A stretch of DNA of 64,000 nt from a virus: positions 7,621 to 71,620 of the IMG/VR virus record IMGVR_UViG_3300006793_000023, one strand, 5' to 3'. The position numbers were made by a program, and so were the translations under genes. Shown here piece after piece: positions 19,109 to 29,976 of the stretch (positions are counted from its first letter, which is position 1; every line of letters begins with the position of its first letter). The notes beneath the pieces are model-generated. The model did no database searches. It saw only the letters and a program-made list of their open reading frames with translations, and had not been told where the DNA came from.

Positions 19109-19137
19109 TGTGTCGTAGAACCACAATAAAACAAAAA
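19109..19137 (+). ncRNA. preQ1-I riboswitch-like aptamer (second copy)
   Basis: Stem TGTG/CACA, loop TCGTAGAAC, tail ATAAAACAAAAA; upstream of the folE ATG at 19145. Confidence 0.65.
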
Positions 19138-19144
19138 TTAAATT

Positions 19145-19858
19145 ATGCCTAAAAAGTTTATAGAAGGAACAGAATTAGTAAAAGCCGGATTCGCTAACGG
19201 TATTTCAACTCAATTAGCAGAGAAACAAAAAGTAGAAGGACCAGAAGCTAGACTTACTGATCATGAAAAGCAAGTTATTATAGAAAGAGCAGCTCAAGCT
19301 TATGCTGACTTTTTAACTGCTTTAGGATGCGATTACAAAGAAGATCCTAACTCAGCAGATACTCCTTTTAGAGTAGCTAAAGCTTACGTTAATGATTTAT
19401 GGGCCGGAAGATATAGTCCTCTAGATAAAATTACAGCATTTCCTTCAGACGGGTATGACGGTATAGTACAAGAGAGTAACATACCTGTAACGTCTATGTG
19501 TTCTCACCATCATCAAGCTATTAGAGGTACAGTAAGTATTGCTTATATAGCTTCAGAAGACGGTAAGGTAGTAGGGCTATCTAAACTAAATAGAATAGTA
19601 GAACAATTCGGTAGAAGAGGAGCTATTCAAGAGCAGTTAACTGTAGCTATTCATAATGCAGTAGATAAGATATGTGAAGGTAATTTAGGAGTAGCAGTTC
19701 AAGTTAATGCAACTCATGCATGTGTATCTTGTAGAGGAGTTAAGCATGGAGGAGCTTCTATGCAGACAGCTAAACTTACTGGAGCCTTTTTAGACGAACC
19801 ATCAGCTAAAGCTGAGTTTTATAAAAATATAGAATTAGCAGAAAAATGCAGTCATTAG
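19145..19858 (+). CDS. folE: GTP cyclohydrolase I
   Basis: TP.RVAK, SMCSHH, GLSKL.R, IQEQLT and HAC.SCRG motifs. Confidence 0.95.
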   Translation: MPKKFIEGTELVKAGFANGISTQLAEKQKVEGPEARLTDHEKQVIIERAAQAYADFLTALGCDYKEDPNSADTPFRVAKAYVNDLWAGRYSPLDKITAFPSDGYDGIVQESNIPVTSMCSHHHQAIRGTVSIAYIASEDGKVVGLSKLNRIVEQFGRRGAIQEQLTVAIHNAVDKICEGNLGVAVQVNATHACVSCRGVKHGGASMQTAKLTGAFLDEPSAKAEFYKNIELAEKCSH

Positions 19859-20550
19859 AAGAAAATAATAACGATTTTGAAAATGATCCTGATTGGTTAG
19901 AGTTTTTAGAACATGCTGATAAACCAGGGCCTTGGTCTGAAGAAGATGATAAGATTCATACTATAGGAGGGCTATCAAACGATAAAGAAGGATCGTTTAT
20001 GAAGTTTCAAAATAAGATTAAAAATAAAGAGAAGATGAGTAAACAATTATCACTATTTGAAGAGGAAGAGTTACCTGTTTGGGTAAACGGAGTACCCTTT
20101 GTTGATGAAGTAGAGACATTTAATGCTACTTTCGGTAAACCTAACAATTATGAACCAACAATACCAGAGAAAAAAGAATGGCAATTTGTATACGACTTTA
20201 TACTCGAAGAATTGGAGGAATATAGACAAGCTTGCGAAAACGGAGACATCGTGGAAGTTTTGGATGCTTTGTGTGATATTACTTATGTTTCCCTTGGGAA
20301 CGGTGTTATGTTACACGGTCTTAAGAATCAGATATGGCCAGCATATCAAGAGGTACAAGCAAGCAATATGTCAAAGTCTTGCTCTACTGAAGAAGAAGCC
20401 ATACAGACTGTCTCCATACGAGCTAAAGAGCAGGGTGAGCCGTGTCATTATGAAGAAGTTAATGATAGGTACATCGTATATAGATCAAGAGATAGAAAAG
20501 TAATGAAGTCTGTAAATTACTTTAGACCTAATTTAAAAAAATTCTTTTAA
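19846..20550 (+). CDS. all-alpha NTP pyrophosphohydrolase (MazG/PRA-PH-like)
   Basis: EELEEY, EVLDALCDITYV, EVQASNMSK and KVMK motifs; the true start may be 20035. Confidence 0.8.
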   Translation: MQSLEENNNDFENDPDWLEFLEHADKPGPWSEEDDKIHTIGGLSNDKEGSFMKFQNKIKNKEKMSKQLSLFEEEELPVWVNGVPFVDEVETFNATFGKPNNYEPTIPEKKEWQFVYDFILEELEEYRQACENGDIVEVLDALCDITYVSLGNGVMLHGLKNQIWPAYQEVQASNMSKSCSTEEEAIQTVSIRAKEQGEPCHYEEVNDRYIVYRSRDRKVMKSVNYFRPNLKKFF

Positions 20551-20738
20551 TGGCAATAAAACTAGAAGAACATAAGGTTTACGTAGATAGTCATAAAATG
20601 GAAATGGTGCCGTTAACTGTAGCAATAGAAGCAGTAAATCAAGCATTAAATCCAGATATAGAAAAGTACACAGAAGAGCTAGAAAATGCTATGGAAGAAT
20701 TACGTAACTCCTTAAATAATATTAGTATAGATGATTAA
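20550..20738 (+). CDS. hypothetical protein
   Basis: 62-aa ORF overlapping both neighbours. Confidence 0.5.
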   Translation: MAIKLEEHKVYVDSHKMEMVPLTVAIEAVNQALNPDIEKYTEELENAMEELRNSLNNISIDD

Positions 20739-21531
20739 AATAGCTCACGAAAGCCCAAAAAGTATTTTTAGCGATGTACAAAAATATACAGACTACGATT
20801 ATGCTCTAGTACATTTATTTGAGGAAGATAAAGAATACTTAAATCAATTTAAAGAAGCAGTATCAAAAGGAAGAGAAGTTATATTAGATAATTCTATCTT
20901 TGAATTAGAGGAAGCATTTGATGCAGATAAATTCGCTCACTGGATTAATGAATTAAGACCTACATGGTATATAGTCCCTGATGTACTAGAAGATGCTAAA
21001 AAAACTATGAGTCAAATGGCTAGCTGGAATATGCACTATTCGGATGTAGTTTTTGGTAAAAAAATAGGAGTAGTTCAAGGTAAGACCTATAAACAAATAG
21101 TTGCATGTTATGAATATATGGATAAAATAGCTGATGTAGATATGATAGCTATATCATTTGATTATTCGTACTATACAAAGACGGTTCCTCATCCTAATAA
21201 ATACGTTAGCTGGATGCTAGGACGTATAAAGCTACTTGGAGATTTAGTTAAAGACGGAATTATAAATGAAAATAAACCTCATCATTTACTTGGATGCGGC
21301 TTACCACAAGAGTTTTCCTACTATTCTCAATACCCTTGGATATACTCTTTAGATACTAGTAATCCAGTTGTACATGGAATAAAAGGCATTAAATATAACT
21401 CAGACGGATTATGGTCTAAAGAAAGTCAAAAGTTGTTTGAACTGATTAATTACGAGGTAGGGGATACAAATTTAATTTTAGGAAACATTCATAAATTTAG
21501 ATGGTTAGCAAATGGCAGTAGAGAGTTATAA
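20731..21531 (+). CDS. dpdA: DpdA-type (DpdA3-like) TGT-fold 7-deazaguanine insertion enzyme
   Basis: TGT-family motifs ILDNS.FE, PDV, GVVQG, HHLLG and SLDTS, within the Que gene cluster. Confidence 0.75.
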   Translation: MIKIAHESPKSIFSDVQKYTDYDYALVHLFEEDKEYLNQFKEAVSKGREVILDNSIFELEEAFDADKFAHWINELRPTWYIVPDVLEDAKKTMSQMASWNMHYSDVVFGKKIGVVQGKTYKQIVACYEYMDKIADVDMIAISFDYSYYTKTVPHPNKYVSWMLGRIKLLGDLVKDGIINENKPHHLLGCGLPQEFSYYSQYPWIYSLDTSNPVVHGIKGIKYNSDGLWSKESQKLFELINYEVGDTNLILGNIHKFRWLANGSREL

Positions 21532-21706
21532 AATAGGAGATAAAGTAAAATTTAAGTTTATTGGCAGGCTTCAAGTAGGTATAATAGAAGATATAAAAGA
21601 AGGAGTTCAGGTGGATATCTGTAAAGAAAAAATTAGATTTGATATTAAAGACGGTAAATATACTTACCCAGTTGGTTTGGAAAATATTATAGAAAAAATA
21701 AAATGA
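21512..21706 (+). CDS. small SH3/KOW-like protein
   Basis: YKIGDKVKF...G.I pattern. Confidence 0.45.
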   Translation: MAVESYKIGDKVKFKFIGRLQVGIIEDIKEGVQVDICKEKIRFDIKDGKYTYPVGLENIIEKIK

Positions 21707-22242
21707 ATAAACCTTGGATAGCATTTTTTAGTCAGACAGGGTCTGAGATTGTTAGTATTGCTAAAGCTCTTAATAGATGGCCAGATGTTATAGTAACTAA
21801 TGAAAGACCTTCTAAACTTAGAACTATTAATTCAGCATTATTAGAACAGGATTTATTAGTTACAACTAGTAATAAACCTACAGAAACTGAATTATCTGAG
21901 TTACTTGAATACTACGATTCTCCAATAATAACTCTTCATGGATGGTTGAGAATAATGCCTCCTAAAATTTGTGAAAGTTATAATATATTTAACGGACATC
22001 CTGGCCTTATAACAGAATACCCAGAATTAAAAGGTAAAGATCCTCAAATGAGAGCTTTAAAAGAAGGGTACCCAGTAATGGGTTGTGTACTTCATAAAGT
22101 AGTTGCAGGAGTAGACGAAGGGAAAATCTTAGCAGAAGAAAGATTTAATGCTTTTAATATTAACGAAGAAGAAATGTGGATAGCTACTAGAGATAGATCT
22201 CTTTACCTATGGGTTAAATTTCTTGAGAAAGCTTTAATATGA
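21703..22242 (+). CDS. dpdN: PurN-like formyltransferase (DpdN-like, predicted preQ1 formylation)
   Basis: FFSQTGS, LHGWLRI, NGHPGL and GCVLH.V..GVDEGKI formyltransferase motifs; next to dpdA and queF. Confidence 0.75.
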   Translation: MNKPWIAFFSQTGSEIVSIAKALNRWPDVIVTNERPSKLRTINSALLEQDLLVTTSNKPTETELSELLEYYDSPIITLHGWLRIMPPKICESYNIFNGHPGLITEYPELKGKDPQMRALKEGYPVMGCVLHKVVAGVDEGKILAEERFNAFNINEEEMWIATRDRSLYLWVKFLEKALI

Positions 22243-22529
22243 CAGAAAAAGAGCACCTACTTGTACTCCTTATAGAAGAATGCGTAGAAGTATCTCAAAG
22301 AGCAACTAAGATACTTAGATTTGGCTTTAATGATCCTACAGGTACAGAACCTGATCAGCCGTATAATAATGAAGAAAGGCTTATACAAGAGATTAACGAT
22401 TTAGAAGCGGTTATAGATTTACTATTTCAAGATAAACCATTTTATAAATCACCTTTGCTTCAAAATAGAAAGAAAGAAAAAATAAAAAAATATTCTGAAC
22501 TTTCAAAAAAATTAGGTTTATTAAATTAA
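22239..22529 (+). CDS. MazG-like nucleotide pyrophosphohydrolase
   Basis: EECVEV...K.LRFG...EINDL (ExxE...ExxD) pattern. Confidence 0.65.
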   Translation: MTEKEHLLVLLIEECVEVSQRATKILRFGFNDPTGTEPDQPYNNEERLIQEINDLEAVIDLLFQDKPFYKSPLLQNRKKEKIKKYSELSKKLGLLN

Positions 22530-22559
22530 TTTTCGTATATTAAATATAAAGGTTATTAG

Positions 22560-23078
22560 ATGATTAAAAGAATAGCACTAGTAGGAGCTAGTAGTACGGG
22601 TAAGACTACTGTTTATGAACTACTTAAAAATAAATTACCTAAATACGAATTCGTAAACGAATCCACTAGAACTGTAGGTAGTTACGGATTTCCTATTAAT
22701 GAAGAAGGAACTTGTGCTACTCAGTTAGCTATCAGTAGTTTTCATTTAGAGGCTTTACTTCAACCTTATAACTTAGTATTAGATAGATGTTATATGGATG
22801 TAGTAGTTTATACTAAATTTATGAAAGGAGTAACTTCACATACTTACAATTATATAGAAGATACTTGGAATAGAGTAAAAAATGAATATACTCATTATAT
22901 TTACTTTCCTATTGAATTTGCTTCTGTAGATGATGGAGTAAGAAGTATAAGTGAAGAATGGAGAAAAGAAGTAGATGAAGAGTTTAGAGATGTATTAGAT
23001 GGAGTACGTCAACCTTACTTAACTATAACTGGTTCTCCTATGCAAAGAGTAGAACAAATAATGAAATTTATAAATTAA
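22560..23078 (+). CDS. P-loop nucleotide kinase (AAA_28/NadR-like, dNMP kinase candidate)
   Basis: GASSTGKTT, E..R, LDRC..D and DDGVR motifs. Confidence 0.75.
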   Translation: MIKRIALVGASSTGKTTVYELLKNKLPKYEFVNESTRTVGSYGFPINEEGTCATQLAISSFHLEALLQPYNLVLDRCYMDVVVYTKFMKGVTSHTYNYIEDTWNRVKNEYTHYIYFPIEFASVDDGVRSISEEWRKEVDEEFRDVLDGVRQPYLTITGSPMQRVEQIMKFIN

Positions 23079-23082
23079 AATT

Positions 23083-23994
23083 ATGTCAGACGTTAAAAAT
23101 TATCAAGAAGTAGTAGAAATCGCTTCTAAACATTTAGGGAAAGTAGGAGGAGATGGGTACAAAGATACCTACGCTCCAGAACTATTAGTTAAGGTACCCA
23201 GGTACTTAAACAGAGAAGGTTATGGATTAACCTCAGATAGCTTTGTAGGAGTAGACACTTGGAATTGCTATGAAGTATCAGCTATCACAACTAAGGGACT
23301 ACCAGTAGCAGGTATGTTAAAAATTGTATGTCCTTCAGATAGTGAATATCACGTAGAATCTAAGTCAATTAAACTATACTTAAATTCATTTAATATGACA
23401 CGTATAGGAGATAACTCAACAGACTGTATGGCAGTTATAGAAGCAAGAGTAAAGAGAGATTTAGATGAGCTACTAGAAACTAACACAACTGTATCTTTCT
23501 ACTCTTCAGAAGAAGATGGAAAAGCCTTTTCCTTTGAAGGATATACAGATCTTGGAGACATAGTAGATTTAGATCAAATAGATTTCACAGCGTTTAAATC
23601 AGATTCTTCTCAACTTTTAATCGAAGATAACTCAGACGATCCTATCGAAGTTAAGCTTAAATCTAATCTACTTAGATCAAATTGTAGAGTAACAAATCAA
23701 CCAGATTGGGGAGATGTATTTATTAGAATAAATGGTAGAGATGTACCTGCAGTAGATGCTTTAGCAAAGTATATTGTATCTCATAGAACTGTAAGTCATT
23801 TTCATGAAGAGATATGTGAAATGGTATTCAAGCACCTAATGGATGCCTATAAGCCAGAACAGTTAATGGTAGCATGTTTATATACTAGAAGAGGAGGATT
23901 GGATATTAATCCTGTGAGAGCTACTCATCAAAGCTTGATACCAGACTTTTTTACAAAGCCAGATTTAAGAATTGCTAAAACCTTAAGACAGTAG
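23083..23994 (+). CDS. queF: NADPH-dependent preQ0 reductase (bimodular QueF)
   Basis: VESKSIKLYLNSF QueF motif, SNCRVTNQPDWG, FHEE and YTRRGGLDINP. Confidence 0.93.
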   Translation: MSDVKNYQEVVEIASKHLGKVGGDGYKDTYAPELLVKVPRYLNREGYGLTSDSFVGVDTWNCYEVSAITTKGLPVAGMLKIVCPSDSEYHVESKSIKLYLNSFNMTRIGDNSTDCMAVIEARVKRDLDELLETNTTVSFYSSEEDGKAFSFEGYTDLGDIVDLDQIDFTAFKSDSSQLLIEDNSDDPIEVKLKSNLLRSNCRVTNQPDWGDVFIRINGRDVPAVDALAKYIVSHRTVSHFHEEICEMVFKHLMDAYKPEQLMVACLYTRRGGLDINPVRATHQSLIPDFFTKPDLRIAKTLRQ

Positions 23995-23995
23995 T

Positions 23996-24256
23996 ATGGA
24001 AAATATAAAGTTGCAAATGGAGTTAGAAGAGTTAAAATATGGAGGTAAGTCTCCCTTAGATGCAACAACTTCACTTTATGATTATTTAGGCCAAGCAGCA
24101 GGACCTGCATTAGGAAAAGATGTATATAATGTAGCGTTAAAATCTAAAGAACCTGTTGCTACTAGAGAAGTAAGTACTACTTACTACAAGGGTAAGGTAA
24201 TGTTATACCGGTATGAATTTTTAAAAGAGTATTTTGATGCAAAAAGAAATAGTTGA
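23996..24256 (+). CDS. hypothetical protein
   Basis: 86-aa ORF in the operon. Confidence 0.55.
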   Translation: MENIKLQMELEELKYGGKSPLDATTSLYDYLGQAAGPALGKDVYNVALKSKEPVATREVSTTYYKGKVMLYRYEFLKEYFDAKRNS

Positions 24257-24494
24257 AAATAGTAAATTAATTGCTGTAAGGGTACCGCCTGGAGATAACT
24301 GGGAGCTTGTTATTGATAAAGAGGCAGTGATTGAAGGATTGGTACAAACACTTACCCAATATATGAGGAAGACTAAATTTAAAGGTCACTACAGATTAGA
24401 ACCACTGAATGGGAAACTATTTGCTATAGTTGAAGAAGAAATAAACCTTCCAGAACCAGAACCTGAAGTATGGGATTTATATGGAGAATATTAA
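24234..24494 (+). CDS. hypothetical protein
   Basis: 86-aa ORF in the operon. Confidence 0.55.
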   Translation: MMQKEIVENSKLIAVRVPPGDNWELVIDKEAVIEGLVQTLTQYMRKTKFKGHYRLEPLNGKLFAIVEEEINLPEPEPEVWDLYGEY

Positions 24495-24551
24495 AGATTT
24501 AAGTTGCTTAATTGCAACTTTTTTCTTATATTAAAGTATAAAATAGGTTAT

Positions 24552-24986
24552 ATGAAAACAGCTAAATATTGGCAAGAAAAAGGTTTTGAAAAGATTGCTT
24601 GTATATACACTAGTGATAGATTAAAACAAGGTGTAGATGTAGAATTCACAATTAAAAAAGAAGATTGGAATAAACATCCTGGCGTTTATTTAATATGCTC
24701 TCTAGAAGAAGAGCTACTTAAAATAGGTCAATCAGCAAATCTATACCATAGAATTAACACTCAGTATAAGTGTGTAAGTAACTTAGGTAATAATAGAATT
24801 AGAGCTGAAATAAAAGATAAGTACGGTAAGGTACTTATATATGCTTTAAAAACACCTAAAGAAAAATTTTCTTTACTGAATTATTCTTTCTATATTAATT
24901 ATCAGAAAGGTTTAGAGGAAGCTATGCTTCATGATTATTATAATAAGGTTGGAGATATACCAACACTTAATATGCAACGAAATTAA
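24552..24986 (+). CDS. GIY-YIG-like nuclease
   Basis: GVYLI...LKIGQS.NL..RI motif; start reassigned to the ATG after the promoter at ~24503-24532. Confidence 0.6.
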   Translation: MKTAKYWQEKGFEKIACIYTSDRLKQGVDVEFTIKKEDWNKHPGVYLICSLEEELLKIGQSANLYHRINTQYKCVSNLGNNRIRAEIKDKYGKVLIYALKTPKEKFSLLNYSFYINYQKGLEEAMLHDYYNKVGDIPTLNMQRN

Positions 24987-24999
24987 TAATAGGTTATAT

Positions 25000-27309
25000 A
25001 TGCAAATAGAAAAAAAATACTACACAGTTAGAGATTCTGAAACTTTAAAACTAATGTTTCAACATATAGAAGAGTCAGAAGTTATTGCAATAGATACGGA
25101 AACTACTTCTTTAAATATGAGAAAAGGTAAGATCGTAGGATGGTCTATATCTGGAGCAGAGGGAGTAGGGTTCTACCTTCCTACTTTAGTATGGAATTTT
25201 GAAAAAAATATACTACAGCCGCAAATTATTGACGGTACATCCGCAGAAGTTATTTCTAAGAACTTGCTTAAAATGCTTAAAGGTAAGAAGTTAGTAATGC
25301 ATAATGCTTCGTTTGACTGTAGGTTTATTAAGAACTACTTTGGTGTAGATTTACTAGAAGATCTTTGGGTAGAGACGTTGCTCCTTGTTCATACAGTACA
25401 AGAAGAAGGTGCCGGTATGGGAGTGTTTGGATTAAAACCTCTAGCAATCTCAGTTCAGGAGCATATTGGTCTAGACGTAGAAAAAGCAGCTAATGAAGAG
25501 CAAATAGAATTAAAGGACTCTATTAAAGCTAATGGAGGAGAAGTAACTAAAACTAACTTTGAGATATATAAAGCAGATCTAGATATACTTTCTAAATACG
25601 CATCAGCAGATACAGATTTAACTTTACGTTTATGTAACTATTTCTTAACTAAGCTAAAAGAAGAAAACTTAGAAAAGTTCTTCTTTGAAGAGGAAGTAAT
25701 GCCGATTTATAAAGAGGTTACTATCCCTATGGAGGAATACGGAGTAGATTTAGATATGGACCTTCTTCATAAAACTCATGATAATATTGTAAAAGATTTA
25801 GAAGAGAATAAAGAGATTGTAATGAAAAGCCTATTAGCTACTTCAGAGGCTAAAAAATGGGTTATGAATACAGCTTTCGATAACTTCCCTCCTAATCATA
25901 AAGGAAGTTGGGCTCAAATGCTTGCTCAAAGGTACTCCTTAGCGTTACCTAAATCAGAAAAAACCGGTAAGTATTCTCTTACTCAAAAGAATATAGAAGA
26001 ACTAGAAGATAGTCCAGCTAAACAGTTTCTATTGACTGGTGATAATTCTGTTTTAGAGGAGTTAGAAATAGCTAGGATATCTATGGCTTTATGGAAAGAT
26101 AAAAACGATGGAGAATATATAAATATTCAATCAAAAAAGCACTTAGGAGAAATAGTTTTTAACTATATGGGTATAAAAGCTAAGAGTAAGACGAGAAAAG
26201 GTCAAGCTCAATTTGATATGGATATGTTAGAGTCTCTTGCTAAAACTTATGCTTGGGCAGAGAATTTACGTATTTACAATAAGCTACTAAAGATCAAATC
26301 TACTTATATAGATAGATTCATAGATAATAGCGAAGACGGTAGGTACTATTTCTACTTCAAGCAACATGGAACTGTATCAGGCCGATACGGCTCAGATGCA
26401 CAACAGCTTCCTAAACCTAAAGAAGAAGGAGAAGATGCTCCTATTATTGTTAACTATACTAATATAGTTAGAGCATTCCTAATTGCAGGTAGCGGTAGAA
26501 AAGTAATAGACTCGGATTACGAATCGCTTGAACCTCATTGTTTTGCGTCTGTAACTGGAGATGAAAAACTTCAAGATATTTTTAATAACGGTTGGGATTT
26601 CTACTCTACTGTTGCAATACAAACTGAAGAACTAAAAGGAGTATCCCCAGATAAAAAAGCAGATAACTACCTTAAAAAGGTTGATCCTGTTAAGCGAAAC
26701 CAGGCAAAAGCATATTCGTTAGGTATTGCTTACGGTATGGAGGCGTATGCTCTTGGTATGACTTTAGGTATCCCTACAAAAGAAGCAGAGAAACTAGTAG
26801 CAGGATATTTAGATGGATTTCCTGATCTTAAAAAATGGAGAGAAGATTCTAGACTACAAGTTAAAGCTCATGGGTATATTAAAAACTATGTAGGTCGTAT
26901 AAGACATTTACCTAAAGTCACTAAAATATATGAGAAGTTTGGAGAGCGAATAATGGACTGGAGATTTAGAAACCAATTATCTGATCAATACGGTAAAGAT
27001 CAAGTACTTCAAGTATATAGAGATTATCGAAACGGTTTAAATAACTGTTTAAATTTTCAACTTCAGTCATTAGCAGCATCTGTAGTAAACAGAGCAGCAT
27101 TGAAGATTAACCGTAAAGCTAAGGAGATGAATATAGATGCAATAGTTCAAGCTCAAGTTCATGATCAACTTATAATTAATATTAAAGAAGATCAAGCAAA
27201 AGAATTCGCACCTATAGTTCAACACATAATGGAGACTAATCTAGTATTACCTGGAGTGACTTTAAAAGCACCACCTGAAATAGCAGATAACTGGAAAGAA
27301 GGTCATTAA
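25000..27309 (+). CDS. polA: family A DNA polymerase with 3'-5' exonuclease domain
   Basis: Exo motifs DTETT, HNASFD and YASAD; TVSGR; motif A DYESLEPH, motif B KAYSLGIAYG, motif C QVHDQ. Confidence 0.93.
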   Translation: MQIEKKYYTVRDSETLKLMFQHIEESEVIAIDTETTSLNMRKGKIVGWSISGAEGVGFYLPTLVWNFEKNILQPQIIDGTSAEVISKNLLKMLKGKKLVMHNASFDCRFIKNYFGVDLLEDLWVETLLLVHTVQEEGAGMGVFGLKPLAISVQEHIGLDVEKAANEEQIELKDSIKANGGEVTKTNFEIYKADLDILSKYASADTDLTLRLCNYFLTKLKEENLEKFFFEEEVMPIYKEVTIPMEEYGVDLDMDLLHKTHDNIVKDLEENKEIVMKSLLATSEAKKWVMNTAFDNFPPNHKGSWAQMLAQRYSLALPKSEKTGKYSLTQKNIEELEDSPAKQFLLTGDNSVLEELEIARISMALWKDKNDGEYINIQSKKHLGEIVFNYMGIKAKSKTRKGQAQFDMDMLESLAKTYAWAENLRIYNKLLKIKSTYIDRFIDNSEDGRYYFYFKQHGTVSGRYGSDAQQLPKPKEEGEDAPIIVNYTNIVRAFLIAGSGRKVIDSDYESLEPHCFASVTGDEKLQDIFNNGWDFYSTVAIQTEELKGVSPDKKADNYLKKVDPVKRNQAKAYSLGIAYGMEAYALGMTLGIPTKEAEKLVAGYLDGFPDLKKWREDSRLQVKAHGYIKNYVGRIRHLPKVTKIYEKFGERIMDWRFRNQLSDQYGKDQVLQVYRDYRNGLNNCLNFQLQSLAASVVNRAALKINRKAKEMNIDAIVQAQVHDQLIINIKEDQAKEFAPIVQHIMETNLVLPGVTLKAPPEIADNWKEGH

Positions 27310-27412
27310 AAAAAGAAAATTAACACTATTTATAATAAAGGAAATTGACCCTAGAGCAATTTTATTTTTATATTAATCAGACGATCTTAGGACGTCACAA
27401 ATTTTAAATGAT

Positions 27413-27838
27413 ATGAGTACATTATTTTATGAACGTACACCGTTCGACATTTTAGTTAGAAATTTTTTTCAAGACGCCGGCAACTACCTTCCGCTGGCAG
27501 AAACCAAAGTTCCTCACCCAGTAGACATATACACAAACGAAAAAGGACTCTTTTTCGAAGTGGCTTGTACAGGGATCTCAAAAGAGGATCTTAAAATCGA
27601 AACCCAAGATAATATCTTACGAATTAATTACGATAAGAGTAAAGACGCAGGATGCTGTGAAGTAAACGATTGTGATTATATTCATAAAGGTATAGCTAGA
27701 CGATCTTTTAACTTAGGCTGGAAGATTGATAGTAAATTTGAACTAAGTAAGGCAGATGCTGAATTTAAAGATGGTTTACTAAAAATTGCTATTCCATTTA
27801 CAAAAGGATCAGAATTAAAAACTCTGAAAATCAAATAG
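27413..27838 (+). CDS. small heat shock protein (Hsp20)
   Basis: PVDI, G.SKEDL, HKGIARRSF and A.FKDGLLKI motifs. Confidence 0.9.
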   Translation: MSTLFYERTPFDILVRNFFQDAGNYLPLAETKVPHPVDIYTNEKGLFFEVACTGISKEDLKIETQDNILRINYDKSKDAGCCEVNDCDYIHKGIARRSFNLGWKIDSKFELSKADAEFKDGLLKIAIPFTKGSELKTLKIK

Positions 27839-27909
27839 GTTTTAACCGCTCTAGGGTTTGATTTTCGAATTATAGTTCGTATATTAATTAATAAATAAAA
27901 AAGTTATAA

Positions 27910-29848
<1,939 letters not shown>

Positions 29849-29976
29849 TGAGTAAGTATAAGGAAATACATTTTAAAAACGAGTATGGATTAGAAGATAC
29901 TTGGACCTATGAGGGTAGTAGGTTAATAAAAACAGAATTTAGATACCCTAGAATTATTAATAAAAAAAAGAAAATT

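Noticed and set aside
11938-23994. Que genes as tRNA-queuosine auxiliary metabolic genes
   Set aside because: There is no queA or queG/queH. The TGT-fold protein is short and lacks the Zn-binding CxCxxC of tRNA TGT. The adjacent formyltransferase favours DNA modification.
6013-27309. Inteins or introns in DnaB, NrdA or PolA
   Set aside because: Lengths and motif spacing are continuous, with no intein terminal signatures or interrupted frames.
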